From a phage: a DNA stretch of 64,000 nt. The notes beneath the pieces are model-generated. The model ran no database searches, was not told where the DNA came from, and was given only the letters and a program-made list of their open reading frames with translations. Each line of letters opens with the position of its first letter. The stretch's first letter is position 1. Location of the stretch: sequence record PX104380.1, one strand, 5' to 3'. Of the stretch, positions 1 to 9,856 are shown piece by piece. Made by a program: the position numbers and the translations under genes.

Positions 1-667
1 CAGCTTCAAGAGCTACTACATAATTCGCGTGTTCACCTTCAAATTTAGCAGCACCTTGTTTACCTTTTGCCCAGAGCAGAAGTTTATAATTTCCTGGTTG
101 CATTTTCATATTTGCCATATTGATAATGAAATTAAATGTATTTTCACCATCATAATCACCAAGAGTCAAAGAATATTTAACACGTGTCAGAGCAGAATCT
201 TCTACTTTATTAAAACCGTTAATTACGATTTTACCTTCTTTTACCGTGATAGCAATTGTATCAATTTGCAGACCACGAGATACACGCAACAGTTGTTGAA
301 GGTCTTCAGCTTTAATTTCAGTAACAACAGATGCTACCGGGAATGGAATTGGTTTATTAGGAGCAACTACTGTACTCGGATCGGCTGCTGGCCAAAAAAT
401 TGTTGAACGGGCATCAGCAATTTTAATATTTCCATCTTCTGACTGGGAAATTTCTGCATCATCATTAACTAGAGACAGAATACCGAGAAAACCGTTCAAA
501 TCGTAAATTGCTACATCAAAATCAATAGTGTCAGAAATATTTGCTTCCGCATAAGTTGTACCATTAACTGCGCGAGTCATAATAAATTGACCGGATTTAA
601 GCATAATACCGGAGTTAATAGTAGCGAAATTTTTCAAAATATTCAGTGTGTCTTTAGATAATTTCAT
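1..667 (-). CDS. 45: DNA polymerase sliding clamp gp45, N-terminal ~222 codons; 3' end lies beyond window start
   Basis: Reverse-complement translation from ATG at 667 reads MKLSKDTLNILKNFATINSGIMLKSGQF..., which I recognise as T4 gp45; ORF runs off the window edge; ATGA overlap with upstream ORF stop. Confidence 0.9.
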   Translation of the reverse strand, partial: MKLSKDTLNILKNFATINSGIMLKSGQFIMTRAVNGTTYAEANISDTIDFDVAIYDLNGFLGILSLVNDDAEISQSEDGNIKIADARSTIFWPAADPSTVVAPNKPIPFPVASVVTEIKAEDLQQLLRVSRGLQIDTIAITVKEGKIVINGFNKVEDSALTRVKYSLTLGDYDGENTFNFIINMANMKMQPGNYKLLLWAKGKQGAAKFEGEHANYVVALEA

Positions 668-1551
668 TTCAATTTCCTATTTACATAATAGTTAGACCAG
701 GACCGTACAGCACCCTGATAAGATTCGTCGTTAAACCCATTAGCTACTGCAATTTTACGAAATTTATTATAACTCGGTTTTCCGTAAGCATGCCATAAAG
801 ATTTTAATTCATCTTCATGTTCAATCCAAGTTCCTCTAGCTTTAGATTTTCTAAATTTTGATTTGAATTCCGGTGAATTATTTCTAACAGTTGCTTGAAT
901 TGAAGCTCTCTGTCTTCTTTCAGCATTATTCCATAACTCTTTTTGAGATTTAGAAATTTTTGATTTTACACTTTCTGAATTCATTATATCACTAAACTTT
1001 TTAGCATAACTGCAATCAAGATATTTCAATTTCATCTTATTTGAAAGTTTAAGCTTTTTCTCATCGGTCCAGTGATTCTTCATTGAATTAGATATTTTGT
1101 ATTTTACGTCAGAACTATGTTTGTAACCTTTACGAATACCAACATAATCGGGCGTAATTTCAGATTGCGAAAGCTTTACAATTTTTCCAGTTAAAACATT
1201 TTTATATGTTCCATATCCTTTAGCGCCAATTAAAGTATTTTCATCTGCGTATGCTTTATTAAAATATTTTATATTACTTTTTGCTTTAACTTTTAATTGA
1301 AAAAATCTTTCCAATTTTCTTGGATCTAATATAGTTTCAGCTAAAATTTTGACGGTATATTTAGTGGTTTTAATAAGCTCAAAATATTCATCGCTATAAC
1401 TCGATGACACGCTTCCAGTATAAATCTTTCCAGCTGAATCAATTATATTTGTTCCATCGAAAATTGCGTCAATTTTCGAACCTATATAATAACATGGAAA
1501 AATATTTTTAGCTTCCCGCTCTGGAAAGCTAATAAGATATACTAAATTCAT
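664..1551 (-). mobile_element. GIY-YIG family (seg-like) putative homing endonuclease, 295 aa
   Basis: N-terminal LVYLIS...(11 aa)...YYIGSK matches GIY-(10-11)-YIG spacing; K/R/S-rich C-terminal half typical of DNA-binding tails; sits between gene 45 and rpbA where I recall no gene in T4. Confidence 0.6.
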
Positions 1552-1937
1552 TTATTAAAATCAGCCACAATTGTTTCCGCAACAAGTTGAGCAGCAACAA
1601 TTAGACGTTCATCTGCATTACCGCAATAATCATCTTCAAGACGTTCACCGCATGAAGTCATAATAAATTTAGCGCCAGCATTTAGAGATTCTGTCGTATG
1701 TTTACGCATTAGTTCAATCCATTTATCACTCACTTCACGATCGATAGCTTCATAATACGCATGACGAGCAGGTGCAGATTTAATTTTGTTCTGTATAACT
1801 TCCATTGCGTTATCAGAAAGAGACAAAACCCATGCTCGACGAATTTTATTTTGGTTTTGCGGATTTGATTCAGAACGCACGTGTTTTGGCTGAATATCTT
1901 TTACATCAACAGTATAATTCACAGTAATTTTAGTCAT
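1548..1937 (-). CDS. rpbA: RNA polymerase-binding protein RpbA (129 aa)
   Basis: Size and position between gene 45 and gene 46 as in T4; overlapping stop/start with neighbour. Confidence 0.7.
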   Translation of the reverse strand: MTKITVNYTVDVKDIQPKHVRSESNPQNQNKIRRAWVLSLSDNAMEVIQNKIKSAPARHAYYEAIDREVSDKWIELMRKHTTESLNAGAKFIMTSCGERLEDDYCGNADERLIVAAQLVAETIVADFNK

Positions 1938-1946
1938 AATACACCT

Positions 1947-2135
1947 TTAGTCATAATAATCAGTAACAGTCCAAGCTTCATTTCTATTGGACATTATTTT
2001 TGTATATTCTGCTTTAAATGCATTCCTAAGCATAGATTCAGTAACTATATGCTCTTCATTGGAAAAATTATTTCTCAGAATATATCGTTTTATTTCAGGA
2101 AAAGTTAATAAATGCTGTCCAGTTGAATATTCCAT
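1947..2135 (-). CDS. hypothetical protein (45.2-like small ORF, 62 aa)
   Basis: Minus-strand ORF filling the gap between rpbA and gene 46. Confidence 0.5.
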   Translation of the reverse strand: MEYSTGQHLLTFPEIKRYILRNNFSNEEHIVTESMLRNAFKAEYTKIMSNRNEAWTVTDYYD

Positions 2136-2190
2136 GTTTTTCCTCCATAGAGATTATACTCTAATAAATTAAAGCATAATCTCTTATAAA

Positions 2191-3873
2191 TTAAACCATT
2201 ACAGTAAATCGACCAACTTTCTTCATTTGAAGATGCTGACCGTATTCTTGTGGGTCATGGTCTTTATGCGAAATTATAAAAACATTAGTGTTTTTCATTG
2301 AATTTATAATATTAGCTACACCTTTAATACCTTCGGCATCAAATGACCCATCAAACACTTCATCGAGTATTAATGTACTAATACTAACACCAGATACAAT
2401 AGAAGCAATATCACGCCAAGTAAATAAAAGAGCAATATCGATTCGTGCCTTTTCACCTTCACTAAATGAAGCATAACTAAAATCTTCGCGACCACGGGAT
2501 TTAATTGTCTCATTAAATTCTTCATCTAATGTAAACACATAATCCGCTTCCATTATTTTAAGATAATGGTTAATCTGCTTATTAAATAATGGAATGTACT
2601 TTTTAATAATAGCACCTTTAATACCAGAATCTTTGAGCATATCAGTCAAAATTCCTCGGTGGTATTTTTCCATTACTAAATTAGTTTTTGTCTTAACAAT
2701 TTTATCAAGTTCTTCTTGAAGCAGTGCTATTTCATCAGCATGGTCAATAAACTCAGAAGATGCTTTTTCTATAGCCGCTTTAACTTTTTTAGCTTTATCT
2801 ACCGTCGTGATTAGAGATTGCTTTTTATTGCGAATATCATTTGCCAACGACTGTTGGGTTTTAATATTATCTCGGTATTCATCAACAAGAACTTTTAAAT
2901 TATCACGATGTGTTGAAAGCTGTTCAAACGAATGCGTGCATTCAGAAACTTTATCTTTAATTTTAGAAACAACTTTATCACCGGAACTCAATTGTGACAA
3001 ACAGGTTGGACATAATCCACTTTCGTGATACATATTAATGACTTTATTATACGAGTCAATTTTTGATTTAATTAAAACTGCTTCTTGACCGATTTTATTA
3101 AATGCATCAGTCGGGTCTTCATCCAAAACAATATTAACTAATCTTTCATTAGCTTCTTCTATTTCCGATTTTAGCGTTCTAGCTTCTTTTGCCAAATCAT
3201 CATACATATTTTGAAGACGAGTAAGGTTGTCACCTGTTAATTTTTTCTGGCGTTCAACGTTATCATTATATATTTTAATTTGTTGGATAATACTATCTTT
3301 TTTAACATCAAGCACTTGGTTTTGTGAATTTAATTCACGTATTAGTGCTTTATTAAGCTTATCCATTTCAGCTAATGTTCCTACCTCAAGCAGGTCTTCC
3401 ACAAGCTTTCTTCGCGCAGGGGTCGACAAACCCATGAAAGGGGTATACCCTGCTGTACCAAGGACAACAATCTGCTTGAAACTGGCATATGACATTCCGA
3501 TAAGCTGTTCAAATTCTGCTTGGAAATCTTTACTGCTGGCAGATTCATTAAGACGTGTACCGTTAACGGTGATTTCGAAAACGTTTGGTTTTTGTCCTCT
3601 TTTGATATAATACTTTTTCTCATCATATTCCATCCACAGTTCAACTAAAAGTTCTTTCTTATTTGTGCTGTTTATTAATTGACCTTTCTTTACATCACGA
3701 AATGGCTTACCAAAAAGCCCAAATGTGATGGCTTCTAACATAGTAGACTTACCACCGCCATTTCGTCCAGTAATAAGAGTTTTTTGAACCTTATCTAATT
3801 GAATGTCAACTCCATTTTGACCAACTGACATTATATTTTTATATTTTACTCGGTTTAATTTAAAATTCTTCAC
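2191..3873 (-). CDS. 46: recombination endonuclease subunit gp46 (SbcC/Rad50-like ATPase), 560 aa
   Basis: Walker A GRNGGGKST near N-terminus, long coiled-coil middle, ABC signature/Walker B at C-terminus; length equals T4 gp46. Confidence 0.95.
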   Translation of the reverse strand: MKNFKLNRVKYKNIMSVGQNGVDIQLDKVQKTLITGRNGGGKSTMLEAITFGLFGKPFRDVKKGQLINSTNKKELLVELWMEYDEKKYYIKRGQKPNVFEITVNGTRLNESASSKDFQAEFEQLIGMSYASFKQIVVLGTAGYTPFMGLSTPARRKLVEDLLEVGTLAEMDKLNKALIRELNSQNQVLDVKKDSIIQQIKIYNDNVERQKKLTGDNLTRLQNMYDDLAKEARTLKSEIEEANERLVNIVLDEDPTDAFNKIGQEAVLIKSKIDSYNKVINMYHESGLCPTCLSQLSSGDKVVSKIKDKVSECTHSFEQLSTHRDNLKVLVDEYRDNIKTQQSLANDIRNKKQSLITTVDKAKKVKAAIEKASSEFIDHADEIALLQEELDKIVKTKTNLVMEKYHRGILTDMLKDSGIKGAIIKKYIPLFNKQINHYLKIMEADYVFTLDEEFNETIKSRGREDFSYASFSEGEKARIDIALLFTWRDIASIVSGVSISTLILDEVFDGSFDAEGIKGVANIINSMKNTNVFIISHKDHDPQEYGQHLQMKKVGRFTVMV

Positions 3874-4133
3874 AAAAGATTCCTTTTAATGTATCTTTTA
3901 GACCATTCTATCATATCATCATAATCTAAAAAGTATTCATCAAATTCAGCCATGCAAACAACACCTTGTGCTGCTTTTGATGTGATATAAATTATTCCAA
4001 CATATCTAGAATCTTCTTCGGTATAATCAATATTTGCTATGAATTCATCATTAATGTCAAATGTCGAAAACTTCACTGTATGCATCCTTAATACAAGATA
4101 CAGCCATATCTCGTAATGATTTAGGTGTGTCAT
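3870..4133 (-). CDS. hypothetical protein (46.1-like); start uncertain
   Basis: Minus-strand ORF in the gene 46-47 gap; overlaps next ORF, so true start is probably internal. Confidence 0.45.
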   Translation of the reverse strand: MTHLNHYEIWLYLVLRMHTVKFSTFDINDEFIANIDYTEEDSRYVGIIYITSKAAQGVVCMAEFDEYFLDYDDMIEWSKRYIKRNLL

Positions 4134-4320
4134 TATCTAAAATGTTGAAGTTAAAAGATACAGCCCAGTCAGTGCAGACCGTGACCTTTTTAATACAATT
4201 ATCTTCAACCTCTAGCGGTTCAAACCAATATTCAATAATTTCTTTATGCCCAATATCATCTTTTACTTCGCATTCAAAATGCTGACTCATCATAACATTT
4301 TTAAATTCATCAAAAGTCAT
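4057..4320 (-). CDS. hypothetical protein (46.2-like)
   Basis: Minus-strand ORF directly downstream of gene 47 with 4-nt overlap. Confidence 0.5.
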   Translation of the reverse strand: MTFDEFKNVMMSQHFECEVKDDIGHKEIIEYWFEPLEVEDNCIKKVTVCTDWAVSFNFNILDNDTPKSLRDMAVSCIKDAYSEVFDI

Positions 4321-5336
4321 TGTGTTGCCTCTACATATAACTGATTTGCATATTGAATAAGTGCTTCACGGTCAGAATCAGTGATGTCTGGAATTGCATT
4401 AATGTATTCTTCCATCAACGTCTGAAGCGATTGAACTTCAACTTCTTCACTATCATCTGACTCGACAGAGTTATCAATCTTTGACACAACTCGTAATGAA
4501 TGCACAACTTTTTCTAGTTCAGATTCGAACTTCGTTAGATTTTTGTCTACTTCAGTTACTATAACACGTACTGATAGATTTGTAAAATCTTTATAGTCAA
4601 TTTTTCCTTTAAATGGATAATGAATTCTACGATGCCAGGTAGTATTGTTTGGAATAAATTCCATTCGTTCTGTTTCTGTATCAAACATCCAGAACCCACG
4701 AGGGTCATTCTCGTCACCTGCAGTTAGTGTCCATGGTGTCCCAATATATCTGACATTAGCAGCCTCAGAGATAGTATGGAAGTGACCAGACCACACTTCT
4801 TTATAAGTCTTAAGGAAATCAGGTTCAAGACCATGAGATTTCATTCCTTTATAAAAATAAAATCCGTTCAGTTCCCAGTGACCAACACAAAAAGAAGCAG
4901 ATGAAGTTTTGATGTGCTCAAGAATTTCACCAGTATTTTCTTCACACATCCAAGGAATTAAATCAATTAAACATCCGTCAAAATCTACCGTAGTAGGCTT
5001 ATCATATACTTTAACATTAGGATATTTAGCCAAAAGCTCAGTAGAGGCATTTGGGGTTAAAGTATTTTTAAAGTGCATATCATGGTTTCCTACAACAGTA
5101 TGTAGGGTAATACCGGCATCATCAAGCATTTGAACTATTTCACGAGCGAACTCCATAGTTTTATGCGTGATCGCTTTTCGTACATCAAAAATATCACCAT
5201 ATTGAATCCATACAGTAATTCCATTTTTCTTAGAATATTCTATCGCTTGCTTAATTCCATCAATTTGAATACCGCGAATCCACTCATCATCAGCTTTAAC
5301 GCCTAAATGCCAATCACCTAAATTTAAAATTTTCAT
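4317..5336 (-). CDS. 47: recombination endonuclease subunit gp47 (SbcD/Mre11-like phosphoesterase), 339 aa
   Basis: Calcineurin-like phosphoesterase motifs (DWHLG, GDIFD, GNHD, GHWH); length equals T4 gp47. Confidence 0.95.
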   Translation of the reverse strand: MKILNLGDWHLGVKADDEWIRGIQIDGIKQAIEYSKKNGITVWIQYGDIFDVRKAITHKTMEFAREIVQMLDDAGITLHTVVGNHDMHFKNTLTPNASTELLAKYPNVKVYDKPTTVDFDGCLIDLIPWMCEENTGEILEHIKTSSASFCVGHWELNGFYFYKGMKSHGLEPDFLKTYKEVWSGHFHTISEAANVRYIGTPWTLTAGDENDPRGFWMFDTETERMEFIPNNTTWHRRIHYPFKGKIDYKDFTNLSVRVIVTEVDKNLTKFESELEKVVHSLRVVSKIDNSVESDDSEEVEVQSLQTLMEEYINAIPDITDSDREALIQYANQLYVEATQ

Positions 5337-5473
5337 ATATCAAGAACCGTCATTGAAATGCAAAATAAAATTATTGAAATAAACCCATCTGGTGTGCTAA
5401 AGAACCCAATCCAACATGCTCTAGTGAATAGATAAAATGCAAGAAAAAGTATCACATATCCAAGAAATATCAT
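5333..5473 (-). CDS. small hydrophobic protein (46 aa), translationally coupled to gene 47
   Basis: ATG at 5473 preceded by GGAGG; peptide MIFLGYVILFLAFYLF... is a single TM helix; ATGA overlap with gene 47 start. Confidence 0.4.
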   Translation of the reverse strand: MIFLGYVILFLAFYLFTRACWIGFFSTPDGFISIILFCISMTVLDI

Positions 5474-5497
5474 TGTATCAAACCTCCGTATAAAGCT

Positions 5498-5515
5498 AAA
5501 GGGCCGAAGCCCTTT
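5498..5515 (-). other. G+C stem with UUCG tetraloop (RNA hairpin) at the 3' end of a-gt; weak terminator or stabiliser
   Basis: aaagggc-cgaa-gcccttt perfect inverted repeat; weak U-run on the minus transcript. Confidence 0.4.
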
Positions 5516-6716
5516 ATTTTGTAATAATGTCAAACTGTTCTTTAAAGCAGAAGCTTGAATCTTGATGCTGATACAAAAATTCATAAGCTTTTTCGCGTTC
5601 GCGGTCATAAAGAGTTCGGTCAGATGACAGTTCTTTAATACGCTCGAATGTTGATTCCATGTCATTTTCATCAAACCAAACGATACCGCTATCATGAGAA
5701 ATTAATGGAGTGTTATCAACACGGAATTTTAAATTTTCGCCAGTAGATTTCCAAAATACCGGAATTGTTCCACATGCACCAAGCTCGAGATGAGTATATT
5801 CTAAAGAACGCTGTAGATATTTTTTGTCCAACTTACTCAGCTGATAACCAAAACCGGATTTACTCATACGTTCAAGCATTTCGCTATTTACATAACGGTC
5901 AAGAATTTGCGTTGGCAAATTAGGAGCAATTTTAATTTGGTCTACTTGATGAAGACGATAATACTCGTATGGAATTCCTTTTTCTTTAATAGGAATGAAC
6001 GCTGGAGAACGTTCCAGACCTTCCATAATAGTACTTAGTCCTGCAGGTTTAAGATGTTTTTCATGAAAATCAAACATCTGATAAAAACCTTTCCATGTAG
6101 TCGTACGACCAATCCAACGGTTGATATTCATGTTAATTTCAGAAACATCTTTCCAGTAGGTTGACCGAACCTTCGCAATATCCATAGGAGGCTGAAAGTT
6201 ATATACGGTCGGCGCTTCTTCAATATCATCAAACAGAGAAACAGTTTCTGGATACCATTCTTTCATCAGAACTTTATTAAAATCACCATTATCAGAATGG
6301 CTAAAAATAACATCAGCTCGACGAACAGTTTCTTCTAATCCCAAATTTCGACGCAAAGAAAGAGAAGAATGGTCGTGTTGATAAACTACAACACGAACAG
6401 AAGGTTTAATGTTATCAATAATTTTTTTATAGTTATTAATAGTGTCTTCTTCAACCGAAGTAGCAGGAACCGAATTGATAATTAGAATATCACAATCATT
6501 TACCAGCTTAAGTGTTTTATCGTATTCTTTTGCCAATAAAACCGGAATTGAAAATGATTTATAATCATGCGCACAATTACGAGTAAATGATTTATCTTTA
6601 GCATAAACCAAAGTTACTTCATGACCATTTTTAATAAACCAATCACGTTGCTCAAGAGAAAATTTAGTTACACCACAACCTTCAAGACCTCGAGCCATAA
6701 AAATACATACTTTCAT
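5514..6716 (-). CDS. a-gt: DNA alpha-glucosyltransferase (hmC glucosylation), 400 aa
   Basis: Length and N-terminus MKVCIFMARGLEGCGVTKF... recognised as T4 alpha-glucosyltransferase; position next to gene 47 as in T4. Confidence 0.85.
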   Translation of the reverse strand: MKVCIFMARGLEGCGVTKFSLEQRDWFIKNGHEVTLVYAKDKSFTRNCAHDYKSFSIPVLLAKEYDKTLKLVNDCDILIINSVPATSVEEDTINNYKKIIDNIKPSVRVVVYQHDHSSLSLRRNLGLEETVRRADVIFSHSDNGDFNKVLMKEWYPETVSLFDDIEEAPTVYNFQPPMDIAKVRSTYWKDVSEINMNINRWIGRTTTWKGFYQMFDFHEKHLKPAGLSTIMEGLERSPAFIPIKEKGIPYEYYRLHQVDQIKIAPNLPTQILDRYVNSEMLERMSKSGFGYQLSKLDKKYLQRSLEYTHLELGACGTIPVFWKSTGENLKFRVDNTPLISHDSGIVWFDENDMESTFERIKELSSDRTLYDREREKAYEFLYQHQDSSFCFKEQFDIITK

Positions 6717-6766
6717 TTAATATCCTCTTTGTTTTGGTTTATTTTACCAAAAATTTATAAAGCAAT

Positions 6767-6786
6767 ATAGGAGCCGAAGCTCCTAT
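6767..6786 (-). terminator. hairpin with UUCG loop followed by U-rich tract (minus-strand transcript)
   Basis: ataggagc-cgaa-gctcctat inverted repeat; minus-strand downstream sequence UUGCUUUAUAAAUUUUUGG. Confidence 0.5.
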
Positions 6787-6959
6787 CCACATAATACATC
6801 ATACAAAGGCTCATTAGAGCTTCTAAATTTTATGCGCTTATATGTTATAGTTCCTTCTGCTTTAGCTTTATCATGAGACTCTTTAAAGAGTCTCATCATT
6901 TCCTCTTTAGAGGAACGAATTTTATTATAATCTATTTCAGAAGTCTGGGTGTTCATCTT

Positions 6960-7166
6960 TCATAACTGCCACCATTTTTTGACTTGATAAGAATCAACCC
7001 ACACTTTCATATTAGGGTCTGCTCTTACAATAGGAGGATTAACTTCTTTAATTGAACTATCATGGTATTCTTTTTCAGAAATTTTCACACAAAGATGACC
7101 ATTCAAAGATTCAGTAAATCCTGCATTAATTTTAAGACGCTTGAATTTTACGTGTGTAAGCATCAA
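6960..7166 (-). CDS. hypothetical protein
   Basis: Minus-strand ORF in early gene chain. Confidence 0.4.
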   Translation of the reverse strand: MMLTHVKFKRLKINAGFTESLNGHLCVKISEKEYHDSSIKEVNPPIVRADPNMKVWVDSYQVKKWWQL

Positions 7167-7449
7167 TCATATCCTCAATTTGCGATCTAGTAGTCTTCCA
7201 AAGAATACTGATGAGTTCATCGTTATATGGCTGTTTTAGAATATCCCGACTTTTCTTGATAGCATATTCGTATTGAGCAAAATTATTATTTTCAGCTGCA
7301 ATCTGAGCGTGCTTATAAAGACGATTCAGTTCGCGTTTGTTTTTAGACAATAACTTATTTGCTTTTCTTTCTGCTTCAAGACGGTTCTTTTCTTCAATAG
7401 AAGAAATAAGCTTTTCCACTTCATCATTAATTTCGGGTTTATCAGTCAT
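7132..7449 (-). CDS. hypothetical protein (coiled-coil, 105 aa)
   Basis: Minus-strand ORF, charged helical sequence. Confidence 0.5.
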   Translation of the reverse strand: MTDKPEINDEVEKLISSIEEKNRLEAERKANKLLSKNKRELNRLYKHAQIAAENNNFAQYEYAIKKSRDILKQPYNDELISILWKTTRSQIEDMIDAYTRKIQAS

Positions 7450-7450
7450 A

Positions 7451-7669
7451 TTATTTCTCTAATATAAAATAAAAATCATCATCTGTTAAATGATACCGAT
7501 AGTTTAATTCTACACCATTAGATTTAAAAGCGGTATCATACGGATTTTCTGGATCAATATCAATGTCAAGAGCTAAAACTTCCCTGAGATACATTTTAAG
7601 TAAATAGGGAATAGCTTCAACTTCAGGTATTTCTTCCAAGAATCCGGAGAGGTTAATCGTTAGCCTCAT
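7451..7669 (-). CDS. hypothetical protein (72 aa)
   Basis: Minus-strand ORF immediately downstream of gene 55. Confidence 0.5.
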
Positions 7670-8210
7670 ATAAAAAATCCAAACTAGGAGAATCGTCTAC
7701 AACACTTTTCTTTTCAGCCCCCGGTGTTCTATAGGTTGATTCTTCGTAATGCGTCATTTTATCGTAGATGTCTTGAATAAAAGTTTCATCTACTAACGCA
7801 ACCATATCGTCGTCACGACTGTCATAGACATTGTGAACGAAGTAACTATATTTCTTTGCAACTTCCTTACGTTCTTTTTTAATACGCTGGACGAATGCAT
7901 TAAAACAAGCTTGAGTTATATATGCATGTGGGTTTTTATATTTCGTTTCATCAAAATTATGAAGTCCTTTAATAGAAGCTTCTATACCATCTGCAATCAT
8001 TTCTTGTTTCCAAGACTGGGTGTATCCTGAAAAGTTGAAACGTTTAGATAAGCCTTCTGCAATAAGCATAATGGCTAATCCGATAGTATCATTCTGACGA
8101 ACTACTTTATTTGGGTCTTTATTATTTGCTAATTCTGTTTTCCAATCAATAATAGCTTGTAAAAGCTCTTTATTGTTTACGTAATTATATTTAGGCTTAG
8201 TTTCTGACAT
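7653..8210 (-). CDS. 55: late-transcription sigma factor gp55 (185 aa)
   Basis: Sequence from internal Met [24 protein letters not shown]... recognised as T4 gp55; listed ORF carries two extra N-terminal codons. Confidence 0.9.
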
Positions 8211-8292
8211 TTTCACCTCTTAGCTCAATTCATAGATCTATTATATCATAATATTTGAAGATCTATCTTAAAGCATAGAGGATGAATCAATT

Positions 8293-8508
8293 TCAAGCAT
8301 TCATCAGCTTAGCCGCTCCAAGAGCTGTATCTAGTGAATCAAATTGGTCAACATATTCAATCAATTCGCCGTAATTAGCATATAACCACCATTGGCTAAA
8401 TTCATACTCAAGGATGAATCCGTTTCCTTCAATTTGAGTTAAACCATTGCCGTTTGTATTTACTTCATATCCGGCAAGACGCAAATCGTTAATAAGAGCT
8501 TCGTTCAT
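8293..8508 (-). CDS. hypothetical protein (71 aa)
   Basis: Minus-strand ORF. Confidence 0.45.
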   Translation of the reverse strand: MNEALINDLRLAGYEVNTNGNGLTQIEGNGFILEYEFSQWWLYANYGELIEYVDQFDSLDTALGAAKLMNA

Positions 8509-8510
8509 AA

Positions 8511-8837
8511 TTATACCTTAGTAATTTTCAGGTCTGCAAATTTTTTCTTGCGTTGATTTTTCATGCGACGAATAGTTTTATCGGAAATTTCATGCTTTTG
8601 ATAAGCTTTAGATTCTACACCAAAAGCTTTAACATCAAATTCTGACAAGATATATTGAACCAACAATTCACGGACAGTATTGCGTCCAATCTTCTGATCA
8701 TTCTGTTTCATCGTTTGATGAAGCTCTTTTTCCCATTTATCCAAAATTTGAGGAGTTACAATATCGCCTTTTTCTAGCAAAGAAACTACTTTATCATATG
8801 CGTAAGAATTAATGACGTTTTTAATTTGAATAGTCAT
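8511..8837 (-). CDS. hypothetical protein (108 aa), basic C-terminus
   Basis: Minus-strand ORF. Confidence 0.5.
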   Translation of the reverse strand: MTIQIKNVINSYAYDKVVSLLEKGDIVTPQILDKWEKELHQTMKQNDQKIGRNTVRELLVQYILSEFDVKAFGVESKAYQKHEISDKTIRRMKNQRKKKFADLKITKV

Positions 8838-8871
8838 ACATTATCCTCAATTACGTTAAAATTTTATTATC

Positions 8872-8891
8872 CAAAAAGGGCCGAAGCCCTT
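8872..8891 (-). terminator. rho-independent terminator (UUCG-loop hairpin + U5)
   Basis: aagggc-cgaa-gccctt stem; minus transcript followed by UUUUUGG. Confidence 0.6.
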
Positions 8892-9090
8892 AGCTAAACT
8901 GTTTGGCACCCTTCCAGCCTTCGTACATCATTGCGGCTGATATTAATATTGCTCCTGAGCAACTTGAATATTTGTGATTCCAAAACCAGTTTAGAAAAAC
9001 TTCGTCATCAATACCTTGAGCTATCATATTTTCAAAGAACTGACGACGAGATTCGGCAATTCGTTGTGATAATTTAGATTCAGGATTCAT
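8890..9090 (-). CDS. hypothetical protein (66 aa)
   Basis: Minus-strand ORF. Confidence 0.45.
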   Translation of the reverse strand: MNPESKLSQRIAESRRQFFENMIAQGIDDEVFLNWFWNHKYSSCSGAILISAAMMYEGWKGAKQFS

Positions 9091-9222
9091 TTAAATTTCC
9101 CAATTACCATTTTCATCAATAAATTTAATCCAGTCATTTACTGACCACTTAGTCGTATCGCCTTTTGGAGTAACATTTAAAGTATATAGCCCTTGCTTAA
9201 AAAGCATTCGTTTGATATTCAT
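9091..9222 (-). CDS. hypothetical small protein (43 aa from internal start with GAGGAA SD)
   Basis: ATG at 9222 preceded by GAGGAAATT; upstream gene stop overlaps. Confidence 0.35.
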   Translation of the reverse strand: MNIKRMLFKQGLYTLNVTPKGDTTKWSVNDWIKFIDENGNWEI

Positions 9223-9229
9223 AATTTCC

Positions 9230-9523
9230 TCAGCTGTAACGATAACACTCGTTTGATTTACGTTTAGCAACTCGTTGAGAAGTATTATAATCAAAATCAT
9301 CGTCAATGTAAACTGATTTTTTCAACTTTCTTACTTCACCACGTAATTGGCGATTTAGCTCATCTTTAACTTCTGAATCAATACCTTTCATTCTACGCCA
9401 TTTATCTGAGCGAAAAATGTTTTCAACCATATCTTTATGACTTACCCCATCAGGAGCTTTACGCTTTCCGAAATAGTCATAATCACGCACTTTTAAGTCT
9501 TTACGACGATATGTTTTACCCAT
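9230..9523 (-). CDS. hypothetical basic protein (97 aa from SD-supported start)
   Basis: ATG at 9523 preceded by AAGGAA; lysine/arginine rich. Confidence 0.45.
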   Translation of the reverse strand: MGKTYRRKDLKVRDYDYFGKRKAPDGVSHKDMVENIFRSDKWRRMKGIDSEVKDELNRQLRGEVRKLKKSVYIDDDFDYNTSQRVAKRKSNECYRYS

Positions 9524-9698
9524 GGAGTTTAATTTCCTTAGCAACTGAACTAAATACAGCACGATCGCAAATCATACGTTTATGTAACTTGAGTATAATA
9601 TAGCAAACTTCAAAACTATTTACATGAGTAACGCGAACAACATTACCATTAATAAAATAATATTGTCCCTTTTTAATTTCTTTATCAACCATAACCAT
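9516..9698 (-). CDS. hypothetical protein (60 aa)
   Basis: Minus-strand ORF. Confidence 0.35.
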   Translation of the reverse strand: MVMVDKEIKKGQYYFINGNVVRVTHVNSFEVCYIILKLHKRMICDRAVFSSVAKEIKLHG

Positions 9699-9828
9699 AT
9701 CAATTCCTCAAAGGTAATTCATATGTTAATAATACCACGGTTTGAACTTGTTGTAAACAACTTTGTGAAAAATATTTTAGGGAATGATAAGAAGGGAACG
9801 ATAGCTTAGAATGGTAATATACAGAATG

Positions 9829-9852
9829 TAAGAAAGAAAGGCCCAGAGGGCC
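9829..9852 (-). terminator. hairpin + U-rich tract just downstream of nrdH
   Basis: ggccc-aga-gggcc stem; minus transcript followed by CUUUCUUUC. Confidence 0.45.
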
Positions 9853-9856
9853 CGTC

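Noticed and set aside
29-406. 125-aa plus-strand ORF at the window start
   Set aside because: Lies antisense inside the gene 45 coding region, whose minus-strand translation is unmistakably the sliding clamp; treated as a spurious antisense ORF. The same applies to the other plus-strand ORFs within 1-45258 (for example 1881-2108, 2288-2476, 3227-3610, 12061-12309, 25571-25891).
8217-8292. Intergenic palindrome with two AGATCT copies upstream of gene 55, and a possible MotA box
   Set aside because: Spacing between the GCTTTA-like box and any -10 hexamer does not fit the 11-13 nt middle-promoter geometry; could not support a promoter call.
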